Positions 12,081-25,385 of a stretch of DNA of 64,000 nt are shown one piece after another. The notes beneath the pieces are model-generated. The model worked only from the letters and a program-made list of their open reading frames with translations. It was not told the DNA's origin and did no database searches. Position numbers and translations under genes: made by a program. Each line of letters starts with the position of its first letter. Position 1 is the first letter of the stretch. Location: positions 28,024,001 to 28,088,000 of the forward strand of contig NC_043003.1 in assembly GCF_006345805.1 (NCBI RefSeq), given 5' to 3'. This DNA is from Octopus sinensis. Taxonomy: Eukaryota.

Positions 12081-13189
12081 AGGTGGTGAGCTGGTAGAAT
12101 TGTTGGCATGGTCGATGAAATGCTTAGTGGTATTTAGCCCATCATTACATTGTGAGTTCAAATTCCGCTGAGGTCAGCTTTGGCTTCCATTCTTTTGGGG
12201 GTCGATAAAATAAGTACCAGTGTAACACTGCAGTCAATGTAATCGACTAGTCTCCTCCCCCAAAATTTCTGGCCTTGTACCTATAGTAGAAAGGATTATT
12301 ATTATTATTATTTTTATTTAATGCCTGTTTTCCATGCTGGCATGGGTTGAATTGTTTGGCAGCAGCTGGCAAGCCAGAGGACTGCGCCAGGCTTTGCTGC
12401 CTGTTTTTATGGTTTTTATGGTTGGATGCCCTTCCTAACACCAACCATGTAATCGTTTTGCTTTTGATATACAGCCTCAGATCGAATCACTTGCCAGACA
12501 AGTATACCTCTAAAATTTATTTAATGTTTGCAGTAACTCAAGGCTATCATACGCAGCTTTTAAAAATTATTTTGTTTTTTTCAATTTAGATTTTTTTTTT
12601 CTTTTTGACTTAATTGTGTTCAATTATTATGGAATTTTCAAGTAGGAAAATCAAATATGACACCCCTCCTATAATATTCATTTATTTTGTATCATTTATT
12701 TTATTTTTTTTCTGTGAACATGTCTGGCAGTGAGGGAATATTGCCTTGCTTGAAAACAAGTGATGGTTGGTGATAGGAAGGGCATCTGGGTATTGAAAAA
12801 TCTGCTTCAATTAATGCTGTCCACCCTATGTAAGCATGGAAAAATGGATGCTAAAATGATGATGTTATAAGTGTGTGTGTGTGTGTGTATGAACGAGATT
12901 TATAATGGGAGTTTTATTATTAAGAACTAAATACAATACACAACACAAACACCAACACTCAGCTACCTTGCAAATGAAATAAAAAATTTTTGTATTTTAA
13001 AAAGCACCCATGCCTGTGCTACATAAAAAAACACCCATACACTCTCTAAAGTGGTTGGCATTGGGAAGGACATCCAGGCTGTAGAAACCATACCAAAACA
13101 GACAACAGGAGCCTGGGGTGACCCCCTACCTAGCCAGCTTTTGACAAACCATCCAACCCATGCCAGCAAGGAAAAGGGATGTTAAATGA

Positions 13190-14200
13190 TGACATATGGA
13201 GAAAGGGGCAGTGGCCATAGTCATCATGGGCTCTTTGAAAGGGGTTAAAATTTATAGCATTAGTGCTCCTCGCACTTAAACTGTTATAAGTTGATAACTA
13301 CAGGAAAGACATGAGCAAGAACAATGTTCCTGTGGGCTGATAATCTTGGGAAGATGGACTTAGCATTGGGGTCAGTGTGAGCTCTGAGGATTTGGCTACA
13401 ACTTGGAAGAATAAGAGATATATGTAAGCCAAGAATGCATGAATAGAAGTGACATGAGATCTGCTAGATGTAAGGAGCAAAAGACGTAAAAGCAGCAGAA
13501 AAGGCTAAGAGGAAACAGCATGTCTGTGGGCCTGAGGCCCAAGTGTATGTCGGAGCGACTTAATATTTATCAGTCGAGTGGCCTTTTCCTTCATGTAATC
13601 TAAGATGTGTGATGATGTTTTCCTGACAAGATTAGGGCTGGAATTTTATTTTGTTTTGTACTTTTGCTGTTGAAAGACCCATGGTTAGAGTGGCCTCATT
13701 GGTAGATGCTTTTGAGGTCTTTGTTCATTGAGACAGTACAGATTCAGTGTATGATGTATAGGATTGCATGTGGGGTGGATGATGATTGATTGGAGACGAA
13801 TAATGAGGGATGAAGTGCTACATCTGTCATCTGTGTAAGAGTGATGGACATGATGGTGTGTAAGTATTTTATGTACAGAAGGTAGAGAGTGAGGACAAAA
13901 CCACTCCCTGGGACATGTTGGAGTTGATAAAAGTGGGACAGTGAAAGTTCCCTCAGCACATACCATGATAGTGACGTCTGAATGGAAGCTACCAATGCAA
14001 GAAATATGCAGATGGAGCCCATAGGCAGGTGGTTTTGGAGGAGATTTGCATGTCAGATGCAATCAAAAGCTTTTCTGATGCTAAGGGCAACAACACTTCT
14101 TTCTCCCAAATTTCCTTGTTGGGTTAGATTTGGTAGAGATTTGCTAAATATGTAAGGTGTGGCATTAGATGAAAAGTGGGTAGCATTCACTGCAAGGGTT
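13190..14200 (-). mobile_element. Decayed CR1-type LINE, RT domain to 3' end
   Basis: Minus-strand frames give VVALSIRKAFDCI*H (~14050-14097), PAYGL..SFHSD..VCAEG, HVPGSGFVLTLYLLYI (GVPQGSVL-like), HSYTDD, DLKSIYQ*GHSNHGSFNSKST, LDYMKEKATRLIN and SIFPRLSAHRNIVLAHVFPVVINL*QFK (SFFPRT..WNxLP..VFP..YNL-like C-terminus). Many stops and frameshifts. Confidence 0.85.
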
Positions 14201-14387
14201 AGGGTTATTATTGTTGAGAAATGAAGGCAAATTATTGTTCATGGAGTTATTATTTTTGAGAAATGAAGGTAAAGAGGACTCTGCAAAGTCAGAGGAGATT
14301 GGATATCCTTTTGGCCAGGAACCAGAAGGGACCTGCTGCAGTATAGGTAGCAGGAGGAGGGATGGGTAAATACTACACAGTTTTCAT

Positions 14388-14962
14388 TTGTGGATTCAAA
14401 TTGAAAAATTATTTAATTTTTGTTAAATCTACACTAAATTGTGTGTAAAAGACGAAAAAAAAAATTAAGCTGTGACAAATAGATGTTGAAATATCCATGA
14501 ACTGTAGCAGAGGAGTAGTAGGCATGGATGGATGGGTGGGGGACTCTGAATAGCAGCCACATAATTATGACGGGACTACTTGGAGTGGAGAAATTGGGGT
14601 GTTGACCTTTTGCTGTGTTGGAGACATGGCATTAATCAAGAATTAACTGTTAATCTAAATCCAGTGATAAAAATTTCATCAGTTATAACTTCTTTTCCCA
14701 CTTCTTCCATCACTTCTTTTTGGACCCTCCTCCTCCTCCACTACCACTTAGTTCCTCTCTGCTCTTTTTTTATATCTTCTACTTAACATTCTCTGATCCA
14801 TTGCTAACCCATCCATCCATGCCTGCTACTCCTCTGCTACAAGTTCACGGACGACATTTCAACATCTATTTGTCACAGCTTAATTTTTTTTTTTTTTCGT
14901 CTTTTACACAGTTTAGTGTAGATTTAACAAAAATTAAATAATTTTTCAATTTGAATCCACAA
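14388..14962. mobile_element. 575-bp fold-back element with ~150-bp terminal inverted repeats
   Basis: 14388-14537 is the near-perfect reverse complement of 14807-14962 (ttgtggattcaaattgaaaaattatttaatt... / ...aattaaataatttttcaatttgaatccacaa); ~270-bp spacer with no ORF. Confidence 0.75.
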
Positions 14963-15209
14963 CCTAACAAATACATATAAATATATAAAAACAGCATCAA
15001 AATATTGCCAATGTTTTATTTTGTTTGTTGTTGTTGTTGTTGTTGTGGCAGCTGCTGCTGCTGCTAAGGACCTTGTTTATTAGAGTTTGTTGTTGTTTAT
15101 TATCCAGAAGCCGAAGCAATCACAGTACCAATTATTTAAATTATAACTTTACTTGAAGCCATTATCGCTAATTCAGGCTCATACTCACTCACTCTTTCCT
15201 ATTCTCTTT

Positions 15210-15669
15210 CTTTCTCCTGTGTGTGTGTGTTTGCATATATGTATATGTTTGTGTGTATACATATACGTATATGTATGTATGTGTGTGTGTGTGTGTGTTG
15301 TGTGTGTGTGTGTATGTGTATGTATGTTTGTATATATGTGTATGTATGTTTGCATATATGTATATATGTGTATGTATGTTTGCATATATGTATGTGCATT
15401 TGTGTGTGTGTGTATATATATATACATATGTGTGTGTATGTATGTTTGTGTGTATACATATATGTATATGTGTGTGCATTTGTGTGTGTGTGTATGTATA
15501 TATGTATACTCACATGTGTGTATATGTATGATTGCATATATATATATTTTTATATATATGTTTGTGTGTATACATATTTGTATGTGTGTGCATTTGTGTG
15601 TGTTGTGTAATATATATGTGTATATATAGATACATATGTGTATGTAGTATATATATATATATATATATG

Positions 15670-15714
<45 letters not shown>

Positions 15715-15724
15715 TACATATGTG

Positions 15725-15767
<43 letters not shown>

Positions 15768-16360
15768 ATATTATATATATATATATATAGTATATATGTA
15801 TATAATATATATAGTATTATATATATATATATATATATTACATATGTGTATGTATGTATATATGTATGTATATGTATATATATATATATATATACATATG
15901 TGTATGTATATATGTATGTATATGTATATATATATATATATATACATATGTGTATGTAGTATATTATGTATGTATATGTATATATATATATATATATACA
16001 TATGGTATGTATGTATATATGTATGTATATGTATATATATATATATATACATATGTGTATGTATGTAATATGTATGTATATGTATATATATATTATATAT
16101 ACATATGTGTATGTATGTATGTATGTATGTATATATATATAATATATATATATAGATACATATGGGTATGTATGTATATATATATGTATGTATATATATA
16201 TATATATCTATATATATATATATATATAGATACATATGGGTATGTATATATATATATGTATGTATGTATATATGTATGTATGTATATCTATATATGATGT
16301 ATATTATATATATATATATTATATATATATATCTATATATATATACAACATATGTGTATG

Positions 16361-16399
<39 letters not shown>

Positions 16400-16440
16400 C
16401 ATATGTGTATGTATGTATATATGTATGTGTATATGTATCC
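15210..16440. repeat. 1.2-kb compound (TG)/(TA)/(TATG) microsatellite with higher-order repetition
   Basis: Direct reading. Confidence 0.95.
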
Positions 16441-17028
16441 CGTCTTCCGCATATTGTGTACATTATCTTTCCTGTAAGCTTGCTCTAACTTCTTTTCCTC
16501 TTTTCTTTGTATTCTTGTCTTTCTTTGTAAGCATCATCTTTTTATAACACCGACACCAGCAGCAATAGCAGCAGCGATAACAATAATCATTAGAGTTTAA
16601 TTTTCTATAGTGAGTATATATATATATGAATGCATATGTCCTCTGCATGGCCTTTATAACTTGCCATTCACCCCCATACAGACACACACATGTACACACA
16701 AACATACCACATACACAAACGTAGAAAACACCTCTGCACAGATAACCTTCCTCACACCATCACCTCTGTTTCTAAAACAACACCAACTTAAACTGTATGG
16801 TAAATAAGCAATCAAGCAAAATTTTATACTGGTCATTAACTTTTGTTGCCATTTTATTGTTGTAGTTTTGCATGTGCATGGGTGTTTTGTGGTTATTTGA
16901 GTATGTGCATGTATTTTTATATATGCGTGTGTATGTGTGAGTATGTGTGTATATATATATGTTAAGAAGAAAGAGGCAGTCAGAATTTTGGATAATTCTT
17001 ATTAGTGCTTTCAATACCACTTCAAACA

Positions 17029-17085
<57 letters not shown>

Positions 17086-17164
17086 AATTGCAGCATGGAA
17101 GGTGTTTATAGGCCATTTAAGAAACACACAAAAACTGTTAGATTCATTCAACATTTAAATTTAA

Positions 17165-17215
17165 TTTGCCAAAATATTTTCGTCGCTTTGAGACCATGAC
17201 CTGTTCACTGACAAA
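17165..17215 (-). ncRNA. Type I hammerhead-like fold with a G3:C8 variant core
   Basis: The minus strand reads UUUGUCA-GUGAACA-G-GUCAU(ggucucaaa)GCGAC-GAA-AAUAUU-U^-UGGCAAA: 7-bp stem I, stem II, GAAA, palindromic stem III AAUAUU. Confidence 0.65.
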
Positions 17216-17599
17216 ATTCCGTGCTGCATCTCTTAAATGGCTTATAAACCCCTTCCACACTGCAATTGTTTTTGTTCCCGCACACGATCTCAGATCAGGT
17301 CACTTACTATGCAAGTACATCTCCATAATATATATATATATATCCTTTAAGCTTACTTGAAACATTTTGGATATGCAAATAGAAGCTCATATTCTATTAT
17401 GCTGGCTACAGCTCACATGATGCCAACTGGCATTACCATTTTTTGGAGGTTATACTGAGTTATGCCAAAATAATTTGGGATAGATATAGTAATGATGATA
17501 ATCGTTGGACAGAATTTATAAATATTTTAATGCATCGCTGCACGCGTTTCCACAAATTACATTTCTTAAGATCGGAGTCCATATTCCTGGGATTGACAC

Positions 17600-17642
<43 letters not shown>

Positions 17643-17884
17643 GGAACAGAGTTTAAAAACTATATGTACTGGGGGTCAATTTGTTTAGCTAAACCCTTCA
17701 AGGCAGTGCACCAACATGGCCACAGTCCAATGATTGAAATGAGAGAAAGATAAAAAAATAAAGATGTGTGTGTGGGAGAGAGGGAGAGCGAGAGAGAGAG
17801 AGAGAGTGCATATGTAAATACATTTATATCTACTATATATATAAATGCGAATGTATGTGGTTATGTTTTTTTCTTTTGTCTTTT

Positions 17885-18107
17885 ATTCCTTTATTTGTTT
17901 CAGTCAGTTGATTGCGGCCATGCTGGAGCACCATGTTTAGTCGACCAAATCGACCCCAGGGTTTATTCTTTGTAGGGCTAGTACTTATTCTATTGGTCTC
18001 TTTTGCTGAACCACTAAGTTACAGAGATGTAAACAGACCAGCATCGGTTGTCAAGCGATGGTGGTGGTGGGGCAAACACAGACTCACAAGCATACACACA
18101 CACAAAC

Positions 18108-18139
<32 letters not shown>

Positions 18140-18700
18140 TTATATATATATATAAATCTTTAGTTAAATTTATTAAATGAGAATATTATATACTGAATTT
18201 ATATTGAGTGCTCTATTGTATCAAAGTATTAATACTATTAAGTATTTATGTATTTAATATGAGCGTTTATATATATTTTTTATATTTTATAATATATTAT
18301 TATTAATATAAGGAAATCAATATTAGAAAATTCTTCAGAAAGACATATACGTGTGTAAAATAATTGATGTATTAAGAATATAAATATATATATATATAAA
18401 AATATACATTAAATATTTATACTTATACATATTTACATATATTTTTATATATATTTATATTTTTAATACAACATTTATTTTACACACGTATATATCTTTC
18501 TGAAGAATTTTCTGATATTAATAATAATATATTATAAAATATAAAAAAAAAAAATATATATATATATATATACATACATATATACGATGGGCTTCTTTCA
18601 ATTTCCATCTACCAAATCCACTCACAAAGTTTTAGTTGGCCCAAGGCTATAGTAGAAGACACTTGCCCAAGGTGTCACACAGTAGGACTGAACCCAGAAC
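17885..18700 (-). mobile_element. SINE family B split by an AT-rich inverted repeat
   Basis: Tail part at 17885-18130 and head part at 18575-18700 flank the 18268-18558 palindrome. Confidence 0.75.
18268..18558. repeat. AT-rich ~130-bp-arm inverted repeat inside the internal (TA)n of a SINE
   Basis: agaaaattcttcagaaagacatatacgtgtgtaaaa (left) mirrors ttttacacacgtatatatctttctgaagaattttct (right); ~30-nt loop; 14-nt insertion in the left arm. Confidence 0.75.
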
Positions 18701-19885
18701 CATTTGTCTTTAGCCCTAAAAATGGCTCTGAAACTGCATCCTCAAATATAACAAATTTGGTTTCCCAAATCTGCACTTCACCGACAATATCATTCATAAA
18801 TAATAATAAAATATAATTTGCTATGAGAAATAACTCAACTTTTAGATTGGCAACTCTCTCATTCTCTATCACCATTAGCCTATATTTCTCTATATATTTA
18901 CCATACTTTTCGACACTCACTCTCTTTGTATATGTCTTAACTCTCATATATTGTTTTCATTTTGTTTAAAACCTCTTTTAATGTTTGCTTTCATTTTATG
19001 ATACATAGCTTATCATGCACAAAATGCTTCCACATCCTGTTTTGTGATTGAGTAAAAATAATCAAACTTTAAACCTCTGTAGCATTTTTCTAAAATTTTT
19101 CTGTAATAAATTAATCACAGATTCATCATGAAAAAGTACATACCAAATTTGAACCATTTTCACTTAATTTTAAAATTTCAAAATCTGTGACAGCAACAGA
19201 GAAGACCTCTCTCTCTCTCTCTCTCTGCCTGTCTCTTTAATTTTCTCGTGGTAAACCTTTTCACTCTCTATAAAAATATGTCACTCATGCTGAGTGTGTG
19301 TGTGTTTTTCAGTTTGTTTGTATGCATGTGATTTAAAAAAGATATGTCAAAGATAATTTATTTTAATAGCTTACTTTATGTTTTGAGTTCCAATTAGGAC
19401 CAATTAGCAACCAGACTTCATGCAATAGATCATTCTAGATCCTTCTAGAATGTCGTAGTACGAGGGTTATAAAAAGCATGTTTTTAGTGCCAACTTTTAA
19501 CATGTGGCAACCTGCAGTCCAGCTGCACACTTTCTTTTGATCTTGTAATAGTTGTTTACATGGTTCCTACTCAACATGGATATGTCATTATGGTTGGCTG
19601 ACATGAATCTAATGAGTATATTTTCTCCTGCCTTTGCGTATTGAGTATTCGGACTACTCTGTCATAAATATTATCATCTTCATTCAATGTCCATTGTCCA
19701 TTAATGCTTATTTATTCACATTGTTTTGAATTAATTATGTATTATCTTGTAGCTTTGAAATTTCAATGATGTAATTATTTATATTTATGAATGGCATTGC
19801 AGGATAGTTGTGAGAGGCTAGATCTGGCCAGTTTAAACATAAAATAACTAGAACAGGCGCAAGAGTGGATGTGTGGTTTTAGGTG

Positions 19886-20050
19886 CTGGAGTGGATGTGT
19901 GGTAAGTAGCTTGCTTACCAACCACATGGTCCTGGGTTCAGTCCCACTGCATGGCATCTTGGGTAAGTGTCTTCTACTATAGTCTCAGGCCAACCAAAGC
20001 CTTGTGAGTGGATTTAGTAGACGGAAACTGGAAGAAGCCCATCGTATATG

Positions 20051-20084
<34 letters not shown>

Positions 20085-20247
20085 ACTGTGTTTACGTCCC
20101 CGTAACTTAGTGGTTTGGCAAAAGAGACCGATAGAATAAGTACTAGCCTTACAAAGAATAAGCTCCGGAGTCAGTTTGCTTGACTATAAAGGCGGTGCTC
20201 CAGCATGGCCACAGTCAAATGACTGAAACAAGTAAAAGAGTAAAAGA
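19886..20247 (+). mobile_element. SINE family B copy
   Basis: gctggagtggatgtgtggtaagtagcttgc ... gactgaaacaagtaaaagagtaaaagag; sits inside an M2 MITE. Confidence 0.85.
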
Positions 20248-20467
20248 GAATATTTAGGCTGGATATGGTTGGTTTAGATGCCAATGGGTTGAGTAAGGAG
20301 CTTTTGTAACCAACTATTTATGAATGCTACAGAATTATTCTTATAATTGCATCGACTTGTTATGGAAACTTTCTGATGACCAGCCTGAAAAATTACATGT
20401 GTGATGAAATGAATTTATAATTAAATGTTTGCAAGGTGTTGTTACATCATTCACATGCAGCCTTACC

Positions 20468-20682
20468 ATCTAACCCATTTCTGTCAGCCCTTTTGTTATC
20501 ATAATTTTGTTGACATACACTACCCTTGTTCAATTAATTTTGCAAGATGAAAAGTTTAATCAAATAACTTTATTAAGCAAGTGTTTGGAATGTGACCTAA
20601 CATGATAATTTGATGGAAGATTTTAATTCAGATTACTTTAAAACAGGAAGTTTGATACTAGGTGGGTATCAAAAAAAGTTAA
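20468..20682. mobile_element. Diverged M1-related TTAA MITE
   Basis: Internal sequence ataattttgttgacatacac...tgatggaagattttaattcag...gtatcaaaaaaagttaa resembles M1 and the satellite monomer at 30.7-32 kb. Confidence 0.6.
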
Positions 20683-20705
20683 GGTGGTAGGGTTTTGACT
20701 GCTAT

Positions 20706-21057
20706 TACTCTTTTACTTGTTTCAGTCATTTGACTGTGGCCATGCTGGAGTACCGCCTTTAGTTAAGCAAATCGACCCCAGGACTTATTCTTTGCAAGCC
20801 TAGTACTTATTCTATTGGTCTCTTTTGCTAAGTTACGGGGACGTAAACACACCAGCATCGGGGACAAACATACACACACACACATATATATATACGACAG
20901 GCTTCTTTCTGTTTCCGTCTACCAAATCCACTCACAAGGCTTTGGTCAGCCCGAGGCTATAGTAGAAGACACTTACCCAAGGTGCCATGCAGTGGGACTG
21001 AACCCGGAACTATGTGGTTCGTAAGCAAGCAACTTACCATACAGCCACTCCTACGCC
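20706..21057 (-). mobile_element. SINE family B copy
   Basis: Reverse complement of the family B consensus. Confidence 0.85.
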
Positions 21058-22929
21058 TACTAACAAATGTAGTGACTGCCCAGAGACTTCTTGAGTTATG
21101 TAAGGAGGAGAAAGAACTGGAAAGTCATGAAATCAAATCCAATGTGGATATTTTATTTTGCTTGTGGGCAAGACACTATATTCTACATTACCTTTGTTCA
21201 CCTATCTATTACTATATCAAGACAATCAGTGTTGTTATATACTGCTGATCACTGTATGGTCGCTTGTATTGTTGGAGCTTTTGAATGATGCCACTCTGCT
21301 GGCTAGACAGGCAGGCAGCCAGGCTGGCCAATATTCTATTTGAAAGGAATGCCAGTCTATTGTAAGGTTACTCAATTACAGCTGAGTAACTTGAGGCAAC
21401 ATGAAATGAAGTGTTTTGCTCAAAAACACAATATACCACTTGTCTGGGAATCGAAACCACAACCTCATGATTCTGAGCGCAACACCCTAACCACTAGGCC
21501 ATATGCTTTCATGTGAAAAATATGTATTCTAATACTCTGGAAATATTGGTTTCAAATTTTGGCACAAGGCCAGCAATCTTAGAGGATAGGGTAAGCTGAT
21601 TACATCGACTCCAGTACTCAACTCGTACTTATTTTATTGACCCCAAAAGGATGAGAGGTAAAGTTGACCTTGGTAGAATTTGAACTCAGAACGTAAAGAC
21701 GGACGAAATACCGGGGAGTATTTTTCCTGGCATGCCAATGAATCTACGAGCTCCCTGTCTTATAATCTGGAAATGTTACCTGTGGCAAACTGGTGTCTTT
21801 CCCATGGAGACATGAAGATGGAACGCTGACACAGAAATCACATGATGGGACACATGGTGCCTCCATTATAGAGTTGAGTTGTCGACAAGAAGGAGAAAAC
21901 AAAAAATAATCACCTTCAGTTACCTCCCCCTCCTTCACGCAACCACCATCACCATTAAAGCCTTTGCCTTTCCTCTGTTATGTGATCACTCTTCTATCAC
22001 CTCTGATCATCTTTCGTAACGCTTACATCACTACGCATCACCCTGCAGTAGCCACCTCCTCACCATCACGTTTGCTTCTCTGGTGTTATCTCATCGTCTC
22101 ATTGTTTTTCATAACCTCCAATTACCTCACATCACCTCCAGTTATCTCCCCCTCGTTACCACCCTCTGCCTACCCTTTTCTCTCAGAAAGAGAGAGAGAG
22201 AGTGAGCGAGAAAAAGAGAGAGAATTACTGCTGCAGGTTACTTCACTTGTAAATGCATGTAGTTATTTTGTTAATAAAACTCATTTATTTCCCACTAAAT
22301 TTTAATAACGACTATAATGCTGGTTTATATGTGGGCTGATGAGTTGAAGTGTGTGTGTTTGTATGTATGTGTTTACGTGTATGCATAAATTTATTCAATG
22401 ACAGCCATTTTCCCCATCTTTTCTGGGTGTACGAAAATGTATTTATATAGATATATATACACACACACACACAAACATCAAGATGGTTGTCATCAAACCA
22501 TAAGCATATCTGCACATATTAATAAATGTGTGACTCAAACCCAACAACTGGAGTACTTTACCCTGATTAAGGAGTTGGAGTTCAAAAAGTCAATCTGTCT
22601 AAGCGCGAAATTGGTGCCATTCTCTTCTATGCTTGCACTGGCACCTTCTCACCCATTCTCTGTATGTGTATGTGAGTCCCCCCCCCCCGTAATGTTTGTT
22701 TTCCATTTCTGTAAGGGTGGGACAGGGAGTTACTTGAAGCAGAATTTTATAGCCATATGCTTCCTGCCACCAACTCTTATATGCTTTTTTTTTGTACAAA
22801 TAACGGGTATTTATTGTTTTATTTCCAATGTCTTTGGGAGCACAGACCAATTAGTTATAATGTCAACAAGGAATGTCAACATCGCTCACCAGTTGTAACA
22901 AGTGAAACTTTAGAGCATCAGTATTCATG

Positions 22930-23450
22930 GAGTGGAGGACATTTCCCCCTTCCCCCCATGGAAATAACTCCCCCTAAGGACGATTACCTCTGAGGACAAC
23001 AGATGAAGATTTAAAACTTTTTAATATACTAGGAGTACTCCGTCGGTTACGACGACGAGGGTCCCAGCTGATACGATCAACGGAACAGCTTGCTCGTGAA
23101 ATTAATGTGCAAGTGACTGAGCAATCCACAGATACATGTACCCCTAACGTAGTTCCCAGGAAGATTCAGCGTGACACAGAGTGTGACAAGGCCGGACCTT
23201 TGAAATACAGGTACAACTAATTTTTGCCAGCTGAGTGGACTGGAGCACCGTGAAATAAAGTGTCTTGCTCAAGGACACAACGCGTCGCTGGGGATCGAAC
23301 TCATGACCTTACCATCGTGAGCCAAATGCCCTAACCACTAAGCCACGTGCCTTCACAATATACTAGAGATGGGGTAATTAACCAGGGGAGGGGAATTGTC
23401 ATCGGGGGGGGGGGTCCTATGGTGGAGTAATTGTCCAGATACGGTATTCC
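22930..23450. mobile_element. Possible MITE with GGACAATTNCCC-type subterminal repeats, interrupted by a SINE (23036-23356)
   Basis: ggacatttcccc / ggaaataactcccc / ggacgattacc on the left; ggggtaatt / gggaattgtc / ggagtaattgtcc on the right in inverted orientation. Confidence 0.35.
23036..23356 (-). mobile_element. SINE family C copy (different 3' tail)
   Basis: Family C head and core in reverse at 23225-23356, joined to a distinct tail (cgtcggttacgacgacgagggt...). Other C heads at ~21290-21512(-), 40351-40646(+), 50912-51178(+), 54822-55050(+) and 56395-56655(-). Confidence 0.8.
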
Positions 23451-23982
23451 AGCACACATTAGCATGCCTCACCCACCCATATTTACATATGTGCCTACAT
23501 ATACATACACACATGCATAAACTTACATACATACGTACATACATATGTACATCCATGTGTGGGCATACCAATGGTAGTAAGCAGTTCGGCACAAGCCTTT
23601 ATTGCATATCATCATCATCATCATCATCATTTAATATTTGTTTTCCATGCTGGCATGGGTTGGATGGTTTGACAGGAGCTGGCAAACCAGAGAGCTGCAC
23701 CAGGCTCCAGTTGTCTATTTTTGCGTGGTTTCTATGGCTGGATGCCCTTCCTAATGCTAACCACTTTACAGAGCGTACTGGATGCTTGTCATGTGTCCCC
23801 AGCTCAGATGCTTTTTACTTGGCACCAGCACAATCAGTCTTATTCTCTCCCTAATCAATTGCACTGTAATGTTTACAGTAACGAGGTTTTATTCTGAAGG
23901 TAGGCCTTCTTACTTTTCCTGGTGCTGCTGAGTGTGTTTTTCCCAGGCCCATGCTGTGGGTAATATCTCAGGGTAGATGACA

Positions 23983-24383
23983 TTTACTCTTTTACTCTTT
24001 TCAGTCATTTGACTGTGGCCATGCTGGAGCACAGTCTTTAGTCAAGCAAATCGATCCCAGGACTTATTCTTTGTAATCCTAGTACTTATTCTGTCGGTCT
24101 CTACTGCCGAGCCGCTAAGTTACAGGGACTTAAACACACTGGCATCAGTTGTCAAGCGATGTTGGTGGGGACAAACACAGACACACAAACATATATACAC
24201 ACACATACATATATACATATATACGATGGGCTTGTTTCTGTTACCATCTACCAAATCCACTCACAAGGCTTTGGTTGGCTCGAGGCTATAGTAGAAGACA
24301 CTTGTCCAAGGTGCCATGCAGTGAGACTGAACCCGGAGCCATGTGGTTGGTGAGCAAGCTACTTACCCACACAGCCACTCCTG
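23983..24383 (-). mobile_element. SINE family B copy
   Basis: Reverse complement of the family B consensus, full length. Confidence 0.85.
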
Positions 24384-25149
24384 TATATCTAATTTAAATT
24401 TGGCCACATTTGGGTCAAATATCCTGTTTTATGTTCAAACCAACCAGATTTAGCCTCTCACCCCTACCCTACAATGTCATTCTAAACACAAACAATTGCA
24501 CCATTGAAATCTCATGGCTACAAGATAATGCCTGATTAATTCAAAACAATGCAAATAAATTAGCATTACATTTGACAAGGTAATCCTTTTACTAAAGGGT
24601 TAAAGCTAGTCTGCAGTTGATTTTTATTATGACTCCTTATTTGGTCCTCTGGGCATTTGCGTGCATGTGCGTGCACACACACCTACCTGCACAGTTATGT
24701 ATGGGTTTAATAGGTTTACCAGGCCTTTAGTATAATTTAATGTTAAATGTTGCCAGATTTATGAGACACTAGATAGGCATGCATGTAATTTATATTAATG
24801 TATGTTTTATATGTAATGTATGTTATGTATGCAGTGTAATGTATGTAATGTTATGTATGTATGCACACACACACACATACACACACATGTATTATGCTAT
24901 TCTCTGTCACATGTGTACGTCAGTACAGACATGGTAGTATGGTTAGAAGTTTGTGATTTCCTAACCACATGATTTCGGGTTCAGTCCCACTGTGTAACTC
25001 CTTGGGTAAGTGTCATCTGTTATAGACCCAAGACAACCAAAGCCTTGTGAGTGGATTTGGAAGACAGAAGCCAAAAGAAGCTTGTCATATATATATATAA
25101 AGATGGAACTCAGAACATAAAATTGGACTAAATGCTGTTGAGTGCAGTT

Positions 25150-25385
25150 GTCTTTCTGTACCAGTGCAGTTGTCTCTCTTGCACACCACATCTGATGCTT
25201 CTTAAGTCCAACTTTTCTCTCAGGGTGTTTACACTCTGTCGTGTATGCACACTGCCATTATACATCCAGTGGAGCATACTAGCTTCATACCTTGCAAGCT
25301 TACGCATGTTCTCAGAAGTCACGGCCCATGTTTCACTGCCATGTAGCATGGCTGTTTGCACACATGCGTCATATAGTCTCCCATT
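25150..25385 (-). mobile_element. RTE-clade LINE fragment (same group as 48485-48905)
   Basis: ORF 25128-25361 plus upstream codons give RLYDACVQTAMLHGSETWAVTSENMRKLARYEASMLHWMYNGSVHTRQSVNTLREKLDLRSIRCGVQERQLHWY, the RTE LYGSETW...LRWYGHV thumb region. Confidence 0.88.

Noticed and set aside
20982-21288. ORFs overlapping SINE B and unique-looking sequence (ELCKEEKELESHEIKSNV)
   Set aside because: Start codons lie in the SINE, no homology recognised, no flanking splice signals.
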